Origin: Smithella sp. | Lineage (GTDB): Bacteria; Desulfobacterota; Syntrophia; Syntrophales; Smithellaceae | Assembly: GCA_035350895.1 (NCBI GenBank) | Contig: DAOPVC010000002.1 | Span: 10,639 to 74,638, forward strand | DNA length: 64,000 bases | Direction: 5' to 3' | Shown: one piece after another, positions 9,455 to 19,929 of the stretch | Layout of the letters: each line of letters starts with the position of its first letter | Position numbering within the stretch: the stretch's first letter is position 1 | Position numbers and translations under genes: made by a program | Notes under the pieces: model-generated | Told to the model about the DNA's origin: nothing | The model's input: the letters and a program-made list of their open reading frames with translations, nothing else | Database searches by the model: none

Positions 9455-10036
9455 ATGATGGAAAAACCATTAAACAAAAAACATGTCTGTCCCTGGTGGT
9501 TGTGTTTTACGTTTGACAATCCGTTGCGCAAACTTGTTCATGATCCGATTGAAATTCTAAGCCCCTATGTTCACGAAGGTGACACGGTGATTGATATCGG
9601 ACCGGGCATGGGCTATTTCACCATACCTTTGACCAGACTGGTCGGTCCAACAGGGAAGGTTATTGCTATTGATATTCAGCAGAAAATGCTCTCCGCCCTG
9701 ACTGTGCGCGCACAAAGGAAAGGTGTTGCCGATAGAATCAAAACCCATCTGGCCGGTCCGGACTCTATCGGTTTTAATCAGAAGGCTGATTTTGTTCTGG
9801 CTTTCTGGATGGCGCACGAAGTCCCTGAGCAAAATAAGTTTCTCTCGGAAATTCGTGATCTGATCAAACCGGATGGGCTTTTTCTTCTGGTCGAACCGCG
9901 AATCCATGTATCCAGGAAAAATTTTGCGCAGACAGTGGAAATGGCAAAGCAATTGGGGTTTGCCATCAAGGAGTCTCTCCCCATTCGCATGAGCCGGAGC
10001 GCTCTTTTTGCTCTGAGCAAAACAGGCAATCCGTAA
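9455..10036 (+). CDS. class I SAM-dependent methyltransferase
   Basis: Motif I VIDIGPGMGYF. 193 aa. Confidence 0.8.
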   Translation: MMEKPLNKKHVCPWWLCFTFDNPLRKLVHDPIEILSPYVHEGDTVIDIGPGMGYFTIPLTRLVGPTGKVIAIDIQQKMLSALTVRAQRKGVADRIKTHLAGPDSIGFNQKADFVLAFWMAHEVPEQNKFLSEIRDLIKPDGLFLLVEPRIHVSRKNFAQTVEMAKQLGFAIKESLPIRMSRSALFALSKTGNP

Positions 10037-11123
10037 AGAATCTCGCTTTTAAAATTCCTTCCGCCCATTCTCCCTCGGCCGTTGAATCCCAAACAATGCC
10101 GCCGCCGATGCCCATCTCGCCCCTTCCATTGGTTTTATTGATCAGGGCAGTGCGTATGGGTATATTAACGCACAAGTCTTTGTCGGGTGTAATGTACCCG
10201 ATGGCGCCTGTATAGATATTGCGTGGTTCGCGCTCCAGGTCATGAATGATTTCCATGGCCCGGATTTTTGGCGCGCCGGTCACCGACCCGGACGGGAAAA
10301 GGCTTTTGAACACATCATACAGCGGCACATCCGGCTCGATATCCGCCGCAACCGTCGAGGTCATCTGAAACAGTTTTTTATACGGAGTGACTTCGAACAG
10401 ACGCGGCACATGAATATTCTTCCCGATGCGTCCCAGATCATTGCGCAGCAAATCTGCAATCATCACGTTCTCGGCCCGGTTCTTTTCGTCATGATAAAAT
10501 TGATATCTGGCCGCGATATCGCTGAAAAAGTTTCTCCCCCTCGGCCATGTTCCTTTCATGGGTTTCGACAGGATTGAACTTCCTTTTTTATACAGGAATA
10601 ATTCCGGCGAAAGCGACGCAATGCTGTATGAGTCGGTTTCGATATATGCGGCATAGGGCACCGGCTGAATAGAGAACAGTTTTTTATACAAATCAAAAGC
10701 GTTGCCCTGAAAATCAAAAAGAATTTTCAAGCAATAAGTAATTTGATACACATCGCCGGATTGCAGATACGAACGAATAATATCGATATGTTCAAAATAT
10801 TTATCCCGGGAAATATTCCATCGCATATTTTTGACTGTGCCCGCGCGATGGTCGCCGGCAAACAGGTCTTTATCCGGATGAGGTTTTTCGTAACATCCCA
10901 CATAAATGAGCGGGAAACCGTTCAGGTTGTAAGAAGAAAACGTTTCCTCAAAGGCATAGCCCAGCTCGTATGAAAAGAATCCGGCAACATAGAATTTTCG
11001 GGTCAGCGCATCTTCGATTTTTTTAAAAGCGAGAGGAACATCCTGAAACGAAGAACAACGGATGATGGAAACAGGTTGATCAAAGCATAAAGAAGATTTT
11101 TCAAAATCAAAACGTATATTCAT
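9966..11123 (-). CDS. pabB: chorismate-binding enzyme, aminodeoxychorismate synthase component I-like
   Basis: SPELFL, SKPMKGTWPRG, NRAENVMIADLLRNDLGR, FPSGSVTGAPK and GGGIVWDS motifs. I start at MNIRFDF (11123) rather than the track start at 11225. Confidence 0.7.
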   Translation of the reverse strand: MNIRFDFEKSSLCFDQPVSIIRCSSFQDVPLAFKKIEDALTRKFYVAGFFSYELGYAFEETFSSYNLNGFPLIYVGCYEKPHPDKDLFAGDHRAGTVKNMRWNISRDKYFEHIDIIRSYLQSGDVYQITYCLKILFDFQGNAFDLYKKLFSIQPVPYAAYIETDSYSIASLSPELFLYKKGSSILSKPMKGTWPRGRNFFSDIAARYQFYHDEKNRAENVMIADLLRNDLGRIGKNIHVPRLFEVTPYKKLFQMTSTVAADIEPDVPLYDVFKSLFPSGSVTGAPKIRAMEIIHDLEREPRNIYTGAIGYITPDKDLCVNIPIRTALINKTNGRGEMGIGGGIVWDSTAEGEWAEGILKARFFTDCLFCSEQKERSGSCEWGETP

Positions 11124-11310
11124 ACGACATCCTTTTGCAGATCTGGATGCCGTATCGTTCCGGCTAGAGCATGATCTGATAATAAATTGCTGCAACCGTA
11201 TATAAATAAGATCCCCGTCTGTCAATGGGTTTAGACGGGATATTGTTTTTTTGTTCAGCAGAATATGTTAAAAGGATACTCGAAAAGAATACGGGAATGT
11301 TATTTTTCAG

Positions 11311-11997
11311 GTGAAACTTATCTTTGAAAAACAATGGCTGCATGTGTTTGCTCTTGTCCTCCTGCTTTTCGGAGCAAGGCAGGCTTTCACGCTGGAGGGT
11401 ATGGGTAGCGGAGAATTCTGCGGTATCGGCACGCCGCAGTGGTTTTGGACGGCGATCGGGTTCGCCGTTGCGCATCAGGTGTTCGTTTGGTTCTGCTGGC
11501 GGATTCAGCTTTACGGACGATGGCTGGACAACGTCTTCGGCAAATTAAGCTTTCCCGTGTATGCCTCTGTTTTTTTTATGCTGGGGTCTTTTAGAGTGGC
11601 GGCTGTTTTCGCTCTGGCAATATCAAACCGGGATACATTGCTCATGGACATCGCCGTTCTCCGGATGCTTGCCGTCGTTCTGCTGCTTCCTGCAATCTAT
11701 CTGCTCTACTCCGTGATAAGATATTTCGGTTTTACGCGCGCTCTGGGCGCCGATCATTTTGAGGAAAAATACCGAATGCTGCCGCTTGTGCGCAGGGGAA
11801 TTTTCCGTTTTACAGACAATGGAATGTACGCGTACGGATTTCTGTTTTTATGGGCAATCGCCTTGTGGTATGCCTCGACGGCAGCGCTGTGCGTCGCGCT
11901 GTTCAACCATCTCTATATCTGGGTTCACTATTATGCAACCGAGTTGCCGGACATGAAACGCATTTACGGTGATACCGGGCGGCTGAAGAGAACCTAA
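11311..11997 (+). CDS. membrane methyltransferase, ICMT/PEMT family
   Basis: Multi-TM protein with C-terminal RRGIFRFTDNGMYAYGF...HYYATELPDMKRIYG. GTG start. Confidence 0.7.
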   Translation: MKLIFEKQWLHVFALVLLLFGARQAFTLEGMGSGEFCGIGTPQWFWTAIGFAVAHQVFVWFCWRIQLYGRWLDNVFGKLSFPVYASVFFMLGSFRVAAVFALAISNRDTLLMDIAVLRMLAVVLLLPAIYLLYSVIRYFGFTRALGADHFEEKYRMLPLVRRGIFRFTDNGMYAYGFLFLWAIALWYASTAALCVALFNHLYIWVHYYATELPDMKRIYGDTGRLKRT

Positions 11998-14900
11998 TTG
12001 GAAGGATCTGCAAAGCAGAATCCGTTTTTGGTGGAGTTTTTAATCCGGTACATGGCTTTGTCGGACTCCTTAATCAGCTGATCCATATTGTCGCCGTGAG
12101 CGGGGAACAGCGCGATGCCGATGCTTGCACCGATGCTCGCTTTTTGTCCATTGAACATGAAAGGCCGGGCTATAATTTTAATTACTTTTTTGGCAATTTG
12201 CGCGGCATTCTCGGGAGCGTTGATTTCGGTGGCGATGATCAAAAATTCATCTCCGCCGATGCGGGCGACCGTATCGGTTTCGCGCACGCAGGAAAGCAGA
12301 CGCTGAGCAACCTGCTTGAGCACATAGTCGCCGGCATCGTGGCCGAGCGTGTCGTTGACCCCTTTGAAACCGTCGAGATCCACAAACATCAAAGCCACAA
12401 TTTTTTTATAACGGCGAGCCATATTGATTGCCGCGGACATGCGATCTCTGGCCAATCGCAAACTGGGCAGATCCGTTAATAGATCGTGCGTCGCCAGATG
12501 CTTGATCTGCTCTTCGGAATTTTTGCGTTCGGTGATATCGCGGGTGACCCCTAAAACACCGACGGGCTTCATGGACGCATCGCGAATAAACGTCAGAGAA
12601 CTTTCCAGCCAGACCCAATGTCCGTTCTTATGGCGGAGCTGGGATGGAAGGGTGCGGCTGCGGTTCGGATCGGCGTTCGGATCGTTTTCTCGTTCGAGTT
12701 CCTCCTCCAGCAATTTTTGTGCGTCAACCAGCGATTCGGGCGTGAAATACTCGTCAATGCTTTGCGCCATGAATTCGTCAGCCGTGTAGCCCAGTGTTTT
12801 GATCACCGAGGGGCTGGAATACGTAAAGCGCATGGACATGTCCATCGTCCAGATGTGGTCGGCGGTGTGATCGGCAATAAAATGATAATTTTCTTCGCTT
12901 TTACGAAGCGCCTCTTCCGCCTTTTTGCGTTCGGTGATGTCCTGCAAAATGCCGATGGCATGCCATGTTTCCTTAATTTTTGCCGCTGATAAAGATAACG
13001 CTACATCGATCTCAATGCCGTCTTTCCGGCGCGCCGCCAGTTCCAGTGTCTTGCCGATGGCGTTCCCCTGTCCCGTTTTCTGAAACTCCGGGAAGGCTGC
13101 AAGATGAGCAGAGAGAAATCTCTCCGGTGTGATTAATTGATGAAGATTCTTTCCCATGGCTTCTTCTTTGGTGTAGCCGAGAATGCGCTCAGCGGCCGGG
13201 TTCCAGTAAGATATGCTTCCATGGTTATCCATCATCATGATCGCTTCATGAGCGGAATTAGTAATGGAGAGGATCCGTTCCTCGCTTTCACGAAGTGCCT
13301 CGAGCGCAGCCTCCCTTTGGGACTCCAACTGTTTGTGTTCGGTAATGTCCAGAATTGCACCGATCAGTCCGTTGACGTTTCCCTGATTGTCGGTGAAAAC
13401 GGCCTTGTTGAAGATGACATCTCTTGTCATCCCCCGTATGTTTTTTACCTGAGCTTCGTAATGCTGTTCCACTCCACTTTCGAGAAGTTCATTATCTTTG
13501 GCATGATAGATTTTCGCAAGCTCCGGCGGATTAATGTCAAATACGGTTTTGCCGACCAACTGCTCCTTGGTAGCACCGAAAAATGTTTCAAACGCTCTAT
13601 TGAATCCCGTGTATCGCCCCTCTCTGTCCTTATAGAAAACAGGGATTGGTATCGAATTCAGCAGTGTGTTCAAAAAAGCCTCGTTATGTTTCAGCGCCTC
13701 TTCCGCCTGCTTGCGTTTGGTAATGTCCAGAATGAATCCGCGGATGCCGACCGGTGCGCCGTCTACCGTAATCGGCAACGATAAAGCCAGGGCGTAAAAG
13801 GGGCTGCCGTCTTTTTTCAGAGCCTGATATTCCAGATATCCCTTTTGGGTGCCCTGCATTCTGCGCTGTATTCTCTCCCGGGCCAATGGGCGATCATGCG
13901 GTGATACAAAATCGAAAATATTTACGCCGCTGGCAATATCCTGCTGGGTCAGGCCGAAGTGTTCGAGGCCGTGTTTATTGGCGTACGTGAGATTGCCTTT
14001 TGTGTCCGCCTCGAAAATCGTTTCGGGAAACACTTCGGCAAGTTGCTTGAATCGTTCTTCGCTTTTGCGCAATTTTTCCTCGCTCATTTTAATGTCCACC
14101 GATTTCCAGACGGCGTCCATAAACAGGGTGAGTTGCAGCACATCGGATTCGTCGTAGTCGCGGGCTTTGTTGGCGATTCCCACCACGGCGACGATTTGAT
14201 CCTCATTGAAAACCGGCACGGTCAAAAACCTGGAGAGCGGCGCATGACCTTCAGGATACCCTTTCTTGAGAGGATGATCGGCCGGGAAGTCGTTGACAAC
14301 GATCGGTTTGCGCTGGCGCACCGCTTCACCCCAGATTCCCGTTTTATCCAATTCATAACACGTCTGCGGATTCGCGATCGTGCACTCTTTCATGACATCC
14401 TTTGACCAGGTGTTCAGAATGAACTGCCGGCTTTCTTCATTGTAGAAATAAATATAACCGATCTTGCTTTCCGTGAGTCTGATAACTTCATCAAGCGCGT
14501 AATCCAGGAACTCCTGCGTTGTCCTGGTGCGGTGCTGCATGATATTTAAGAGGCCGGTTAAACGCGTTGCATTGCGTTGGATTTGTTCCTCGGCGCGTTT
14601 CTGCTCAATAAAATGGCCGAACCGTTCGGCGATGTCTTTAAGCAATTGCTGCTCGGAATCCAAAAACGGCTTTTCCTCCGCCTGAAACCGTTCCGCCGGA
14701 TAACAGACGTCAACCTGACCTTCCGGTTTGTCATTAACGATAATTTTTTCGGTAAGTATCCAGGGCGTTTCCCGGAAAAGATTTGTTCGGAAAACGGTTT
14801 CTTCCAGAATGATCCGGGCCTCTGCTATATCGGGAAACTGCATGGCCGGAGGCAGAATCCGGACCGCCTTATTCATGGTGTCGTTTAATGACATGCCGGG

Positions 14901-15617
14901 CTCATCCAGCAGAGCCGAAATGCCATAGAGGCAATTTAATTCCTTGATCCGTTCCTTCAGTGTCCACTCGACCTGCTTTTGATCCGTGATATCGTTAATG
15001 CTGGATAAAAGACAGGGCTCCTCGATGATGTTGACAACCTGAGACGAAAACAAACCGGTCAATATCTCTCCGTTCTTTTTGCGGAACCTGTACTCTTTTC
15101 GTACGACCGGCAATCCCTGCCGGAGAATGGAAACCATCTCTTCGCGATCTTCCTTATCCACCCAGAGATTCAATGCCATGGATGATTCCTGCATAATTTC
15201 TTCACGCGAGTAACCTGTAATGTCGACAAACGCGTCGTTAATATCCAGGAATTTGCCGTCTTTCATCTGCGTAATGGATATGGCATAGGGCGATGTCTGA
15301 AACGCTTTGGCAAATTTTTCCTGATTTTGACGTAATGCCTCTTCGGTCCGCATCCGCTGAGCCAGTTCTTTCTCCAGTTCTATGGCGAGATGCCGGCTGA
15401 TCAGCAGAAAGAGAGAAAATGTTAAGGCGACAAAGAGTGTTTCGTAAATCAGAACCGCAATGACGCCTGTAGAGCCGGATACAAAGATGTTGTCGGACGG
15501 TGTTTTAATCAAATTCATGACGATTTGGATGGCATTGACAATGCAAAATGCCGCAAAAACAACTCCCGTTGCTTTTGTAGCCTGACGCATAGAGGGGTCA
15601 ACCCTGCGCAGCATCAA
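11994..15617 (-). CDS. multi-PAS/GAF sensor diguanylate cyclase (GGDEF)
   Basis: C-terminal GGDEF domain (RIGGDEFLII), several PAS/PAC units (TERK / ITEHK / ITKRK junctions), a GAF-like segment and two N-terminal TM helices. First codon is TTG directly after an in-frame TAG. Confidence 0.85.
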   Translation of the reverse strand: MMLRRVDPSMRQATKATGVVFAAFCIVNAIQIVMNLIKTPSDNIFVSGSTGVIAVLIYETLFVALTFSLFLLISRHLAIELEKELAQRMRTEEALRQNQEKFAKAFQTSPYAISITQMKDGKFLDINDAFVDITGYSREEIMQESSMALNLWVDKEDREEMVSILRQGLPVVRKEYRFRKKNGEILTGLFSSQVVNIIEEPCLLSSINDITDQKQVEWTLKERIKELNCLYGISALLDEPGMSLNDTMNKAVRILPPAMQFPDIAEARIILEETVFRTNLFRETPWILTEKIIVNDKPEGQVDVCYPAERFQAEEKPFLDSEQQLLKDIAERFGHFIEQKRAEEQIQRNATRLTGLLNIMQHRTRTTQEFLDYALDEVIRLTESKIGYIYFYNEESRQFILNTWSKDVMKECTIANPQTCYELDKTGIWGEAVRQRKPIVVNDFPADHPLKKGYPEGHAPLSRFLTVPVFNEDQIVAVVGIANKARDYDESDVLQLTLFMDAVWKSVDIKMSEEKLRKSEERFKQLAEVFPETIFEADTKGNLTYANKHGLEHFGLTQQDIASGVNIFDFVSPHDRPLARERIQRRMQGTQKGYLEYQALKKDGSPFYALALSLPITVDGAPVGIRGFILDITKRKQAEEALKHNEAFLNTLLNSIPIPVFYKDREGRYTGFNRAFETFFGATKEQLVGKTVFDINPPELAKIYHAKDNELLESGVEQHYEAQVKNIRGMTRDVIFNKAVFTDNQGNVNGLIGAILDITEHKQLESQREAALEALRESEERILSITNSAHEAIMMMDNHGSISYWNPAAERILGYTKEEAMGKNLHQLITPERFLSAHLAAFPEFQKTGQGNAIGKTLELAARRKDGIEIDVALSLSAAKIKETWHAIGILQDITERKKAEEALRKSEENYHFIADHTADHIWTMDMSMRFTYSSPSVIKTLGYTADEFMAQSIDEYFTPESLVDAQKLLEEELERENDPNADPNRSRTLPSQLRHKNGHWVWLESSLTFIRDASMKPVGVLGVTRDITERKNSEEQIKHLATHDLLTDLPSLRLARDRMSAAINMARRYKKIVALMFVDLDGFKGVNDTLGHDAGDYVLKQVAQRLLSCVRETDTVARIGGDEFLIIATEINAPENAAQIAKKVIKIIARPFMFNGQKASIGASIGIALFPAHGDNMDQLIKESDKAMYRIKNSTKNGFCFADPSN

Positions 15618-16034
15618 CTAGGCGCCCTGGATGCAGATATAAAAAAGCGCGGCTGCGAAATTGATCGTGCGCAAACCCATATGGGGGTAAATAGATGTGA
15701 AGAAAACGTGAACCGCGATGAAAATGGCCAGCATGACATAATTGTGTTTCTGACGGCTTTCCTGTCCCACATACCGGCAAAGGCCTTCGTAAAGGATCAC
15801 CGTTCCGCCGACAATAAAGAGATTGGCGATGACGATTGTTGCGAAATCCGGCAGGATGCCCCGCAACATGATGAGCGTAATGGCTGCAAATTGAAGAATA
15901 TAATCGATAAGCCAAAGAATAATTTCCGGAGAACGTTTGCGGTTTTGCCACCAGAGCGAAACCATGACAATCAGGCAAAGCAATACAGACAATGCGTACT
16001 CGGCAAAAATGATCCTCATATCAATTTCAATCAT
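15618..16034 (-). CDS. 5-TM membrane module, same frame as and contiguous with the downstream sensor (separated only by TAG)
   Basis: 138 aa, almost entirely hydrophobic helices. Stop TAG at 15618-15620 is followed in frame by TTG ATG of the 1207-aa ORF. Confidence 0.6.
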   Translation of the reverse strand: MIEIDMRIIFAEYALSVLLCLIVMVSLWWQNRKRSPEIILWLIDYILQFAAITLIMLRGILPDFATIVIANLFIVGGTVILYEGLCRYVGQESRQKHNYVMLAIFIAVHVFFTSIYPHMGLRTINFAAALFYICIQGA

Positions 16035-16372
16035 GGCAACATCCTTTTGATGACAACAAACCGTCTGTGATTGAAAAATATTCTATCTGTCATCCTGTTT
16101 TTTGAGGGTGGAAAATGAGGGTCCCGATCCTTCAATTTTTCCGGATAAGTTGTTGGTAAACAATAAAGAAAAGACAAAATTACATGGCTCGCATGAAAGA
16201 CGGATTGTCATGGCATTGCCTCATTTGCAAATGCAAAGGATGACAAACGATTGCTTTTGCAGTTTTTCAAACATCGCTATTGAGTTATGATTTGAATTTT
16301 AAATCAGTATCTTGTGAAAAGCAAATGTTTCTTCACAAGATTTTCGGTGCGTTTAAATCGGAAAATTTTTTA

Positions 16373-17917
16373 TTAGCGACCGCGCGAACCGCCCAGGATT
16401 GAGCCGAGCACGCCGCGGATAATCTGGCGTCCCAAAGAAGAACCGATGCTGCGAGCCACGCTTTTGGCCGCGGCCTGCACCATGCCTTCTCGTTGTCCTC
16501 CGCGGGGGCCTTTGCTGCCGAAAATAATTTTGCTGAGCGCATCCCCCATGCCACCGCTGTCCTTCTCATCTTCACTCTTTGCCGGAGCAGCGGAACGTTC
16601 CACTTTAATGGCCGGTTTTTCTTCAGGCGTTTCCTCTTCCTGCGGTGCTTCCCGCAGTTTTTCGTAGGCGGATTCACGATCGACGGTTTTTTCATAATGC
16701 CCGTAAATTGTGGAAGCCTTGATAGCGGCCAGGCGCTCATCGGGCGTCATGGCGCCCATGCGTGAAAAGGGAACAATCACATTGCAGCGCTCTACGATGT
16801 TCGGTCGCCCTTTTTCGTCAAGGAAGGAAATCAGGGCTTCCCCGACACCCAGTTCGGTAATCGCCTTTTCGGCATCGAAGGCCGGATTCTGGCGCATGGT
16901 TGAGGCAGCCGTTTGAACCGCTTTCTGATCACGCGGTGTAAACGCGCGCAGGGCATGCTGAACACGATTGCCCAATTGTGCCAGAACCGTATCCGGGATA
17001 TCCAGCGGATTCTGGGTGACAAAATAAACACCGACTCCTTTGGAGCGAATCAGGCGCACCACCTGTTCGATTTTTTCCAAAAGCGCTTTGGGCGCGTCGT
17101 TGAACAAAAGATGCGCTTCGTCAAAAAAGAAAACCAGTTTGGGTTTTTCCGGATCGCCGATTTCCGGCAGTTGTTCAAAAAGTTCAGCCAGCATCCAGAG
17201 CAGGAAAGTCGAATACAGTTTGGGATTGTTGTAGAGCTGATCAGCCGCCAGAATGTTCATGACCCCGCGTCCCTCGCCGTCCGTCTGGATCAAATCCGAA
17301 ATGTCCAGCATCGGTTCGCCAAAGAATTTATCGCCGCCTTGCTCTTCGATGGTCAGAAGACCGCGTTGTATCGCGCCGATGGAAGCGGTCGAAATATTCC
17401 CGTATTCCGTCTTGAATTTTTTGGCGTTATCCCCCACGAATTGAACCATGGCCCGCAGATCTTTCAGGTCGATCAGCAGCAATCCGTTGTCGTCGGCGAT
17501 TTTGAAGACAATCTGCAGAACACCGGATTGCGTGTCGTTGAGGTTAAGCAGACGCGCCAGCAGCAGCGGTCCCATATCGGATATGGTTGCGCGAACCGGA
17601 TGACCGGATTTTCCGTATACATCCCAGAAAACCGTCATGTTGGCCCGCGGCTGGTAATCTTTCACGCCGATGCCTTCCAGACGTTTGAGCAGTTTTTCCG
17701 AGGCAACGCCCGCCGCGCCGATGCCGGAAAGGTCGCCCTTGACGTCAGCCATGAAAACGGGGACGCCGATGGAGGCGAAGGATTCGGCCATTTTCTGCAG
17801 CGTCACGGTTTTGCCGGTTCCCGTGGCTCCGGTAATCAAGCCGTGACGGTTGGCCATTTGCGGCAGTAATGTAATTTCCTTCCCCTGCGACATGGCAATA
17901 ACGAGCGGTGCGGTCAT
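16373..17917 (-). CDS. yjgR: HerA-like P-loop ATPase, DUF853/YjgR family
   Basis: Walker A GATGTGKT, Walker [10 protein letters not shown], Gly/Ser/Arg-rich C-terminal tail. Confidence 0.8.
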   Translation of the reverse strand: MTAPLVIAMSQGKEITLLPQMANRHGLITGATGTGKTVTLQKMAESFASIGVPVFMADVKGDLSGIGAAGVASEKLLKRLEGIGVKDYQPRANMTVFWDVYGKSGHPVRATISDMGPLLLARLLNLNDTQSGVLQIVFKIADDNGLLLIDLKDLRAMVQFVGDNAKKFKTEYGNISTASIGAIQRGLLTIEEQGGDKFFGEPMLDISDLIQTDGEGRGVMNILAADQLYNNPKLYSTFLLWMLAELFEQLPEIGDPEKPKLVFFFDEAHLLFNDAPKALLEKIEQVVRLIRSKGVGVYFVTQNPLDIPDTVLAQLGNRVQHALRAFTPRDQKAVQTAASTMRQNPAFDAEKAITELGVGEALISFLDEKGRPNIVERCNVIVPFSRMGAMTPDERLAAIKASTIYGHYEKTVDRESAYEKLREAPQEEETPEEKPAIKVERSAAPAKSEDEKDSGGMGDALSKIIFGSKGPRGGQREGMVQAAAKSVARSIGSSLGRQIIRGVLGSILGGSRGR

Positions 17918-18219
17918 GGTTTTCTCCTTGGAGTATTTTTATTTAAGGCCTGGAAAGTATAGGTACAACGGGATTGCCTGTCAATGATGAAATCGTGATT
18001 CCTACAGCCGGAAATCTATTTCATCCTGAATGTTGAAAGGTCCCTCCTGAACTGTTTTATGGCATGGACGCCGGTTGCCTTAAGAATTTTGATCACTGAA
18101 AGGTTCCTGATTTTAAGCCGTTACAATTGTGTCCTATTTTCAGGCGAAGAGCACAAACGTGTAATTTTTCGTTCCTGCATCGAATATGTAACCCCTCGTG
18201 TTTTATAGAGAATATATCA

Positions 18220-18235
18220 TGGCAGGATTATTGCT
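18220..18235 (+). promoter_or_regulatory. sigma54 (-24/-12) promoter TGGCAGGATTATTGCT
   Basis: GG and GC elements at canonical spacing, 33 nt upstream of the amtB ATG. Confidence 0.7.
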
Positions 18236-18267
18236 ATTTATTAATCATTTTCATCGGGAGGAACATT

Positions 18268-19491
18268 ATGGATGTACAGATAAGCGCGGGCGATACAGGA
18301 TGGATACTGGTATGCTGTTCTCTGGTGCTCTTGATGACCCCCGCCCTGGCGTTTTTTTACGGCGGCATGGTTAGAAGAAAAAATGTTCTATCCACCTTAA
18401 CGTTAAGTTATATCTTTATGTCGCTGATCGGCGTGCAGTGGATTCTTTTCGGATACTCTCTCTCTTTCGGCCCGGATATCGGCGGACTGATCGGCGGATT
18501 GGATTACATCGGCTTTCAGGGCGTCGGCGCCGAACCGAACGCCGCTTACTCGAAAACCATTCCTCATGAACTTTTCGCCGCTTTCCAGATGATGTTTGCT
18601 GTCATTACGCCGGCGCTGATTACAGGGGCTTTTGTGGAACGTGTAAAATTCAAGAGCTTCCTGATGTTCAGCCTGCTCTGGGCAACATTGGTTTACAATC
18701 CTCTTTGTCACTGGGTCTGGGGGCAGGGCGGATGGCTGAAACAGATGGGCGTTCTGGATTTTGCCGGAGGAACAGTCGTTCATATTGCCGCCGGTTTTTC
18801 CGCCCTGGCGTTTGCATTGGTCATCGGTCCGCGCAAAGGTCACGGAAGCGTTCCGATGGAACCGAACAATATTCCGCTTACGGTTTTAGGAACCGGTTTG
18901 CTTTGGGTCGGCTGGTTCGGGTTTAACGCGGGCAGCGCCCTCGGGGCCAATGGTGTGGCGGTGAACGCCCTGGTGACGACCAATACGTCCGCGGCGGCTG
19001 CGGGTCTGGTCTGGATGCTGCTTTCCTGGCTGGACGGAAGACCGAGCACGCTGGGCATTGCTACGGGCATGGTTGTGGGACTCGCAGCCGTGACGCCGGC
19101 CAGCGGTTTTGTGACGCCTCTGGCCGCGATGGTGATCGGAGCCGTGTCTGCGCCTCTCGCTTATTATGCCATGCGTTTTCGGGAACGACGCAAACTGGAC
19201 GAGTCTCTGGATGTCTGGGCCTGCCACGGCATGGGCAGCACTTGGGGTACCGTTGCCACAGGATTATTCGCTACCGTGGCCGTTAACGCCGACGGCGCCA
19301 ACGGCATGTTTTTCGGCAACCCCAACCAGCTTGCAATTCAAATCATTGCCGTCATTGTTACCATACTTTTCTCTTTCGGCATGACCTATATTCTGGCCAA
19401 GGCTCTGCACATGAGCATCGGATTGCGCGTCAGCCCGATGGAGGAAGAGGTGGGACTGGATATCAGTTCACACGGAGAACGGTCCTACTGA
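18268..19491 (+). CDS. amtB: ammonium transporter
   Basis: MDVQISAGDTGWILV..LMTPALAFFYGGMVRRKN, DFAGGTVVHI and GFNAGSAL motifs. GGGAGG RBS at 18256. The track start at 18127 is rejected. Confidence 0.93.
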   Translation: MDVQISAGDTGWILVCCSLVLLMTPALAFFYGGMVRRKNVLSTLTLSYIFMSLIGVQWILFGYSLSFGPDIGGLIGGLDYIGFQGVGAEPNAAYSKTIPHELFAAFQMMFAVITPALITGAFVERVKFKSFLMFSLLWATLVYNPLCHWVWGQGGWLKQMGVLDFAGGTVVHIAAGFSALAFALVIGPRKGHGSVPMEPNNIPLTVLGTGLLWVGWFGFNAGSALGANGVAVNALVTTNTSAAAAGLVWMLLSWLDGRPSTLGIATGMVVGLAAVTPASGFVTPLAAMVIGAVSAPLAYYAMRFRERRKLDESLDVWACHGMGSTWGTVATGLFATVAVNADGANGMFFGNPNQLAIQIIAVIVTILFSFGMTYILAKALHMSIGLRVSPMEEEVGLDISSHGERSY

Positions 19492-19551
19492 CAGAACATG
19501 ATTGGACGGAAACAGCGATCAGTTTTTTATTTTTAAACCGGAGAGGTTACC

Positions 19552-19929
19552 ATGCTGAAAAAAATCGAAGCCATTATTCGCGAAGATAAAGTGAACGATG
19601 TCATGTGTGCCCTTAAAGAGATCGGCATTGTGGGCATGAATATGTTTGAAGTGAGGGGGCATGGCCGCCAGGGCGGCGTCCAACTGGTCGGACGCGCCGG
19701 AACCTATCAGGTCAATCTGCTACCCAAAATACAGATCAACATTGTTTTAAACGAACGCAACCTGGAAGCGGCTCTGGAGACGATTCTTAAAGCGGCCTAC
19801 ACCGGCGAGACGGGCGACGGTATCATTTTTGTCACGCCGGTGGAGGATGTCATTCGCGTTCGGACACGTGAGCGCGGAGAAGGTGCGATGAGTTATCCGG
19901 GAGACATTGACGAAAGAAGAAATAAATAA
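19552..19929 (+). CDS. glnK: P-II nitrogen regulatory protein
   Basis: P-II fold signature (KIEAIIR..., T-loop GHGRQGG...GTY, TGETGDGIIFV). Located directly downstream of amtB. Confidence 0.9.
   Translation: MLKKIEAIIREDKVNDVMCALKEIGIVGMNMFEVRGHGRQGGVQLVGRAGTYQVNLLPKIQINIVLNERNLEAALETILKAAYTGETGDGIIFVTPVEDVIRVRTRERGEGAMSYPGDIDERRNK

Noticed and set aside
15618-15620. Reading the in-frame TAG as pyrrolysine or programmed read-through
   Set aside because: No pyl genes or any other supporting signal are visible in the window. A nonsense mutation or sequencing error is the simpler explanation, so I keep it only as an open question in the findings.
16913-17869. 318-aa ORF on the + strand
   Set aside because: It is antisense to the yjgR-like ATPase, which has clear Walker motifs. 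This is a typical shadow ORF.
18127-18267. 47-codon N-terminal extension of amtB in the ORF track
   Set aside because: The extension contains the sigma54 promoter (18220-18235) and the RBS (18256). The conserved Amt N-terminus begins at the ATG at 18268.
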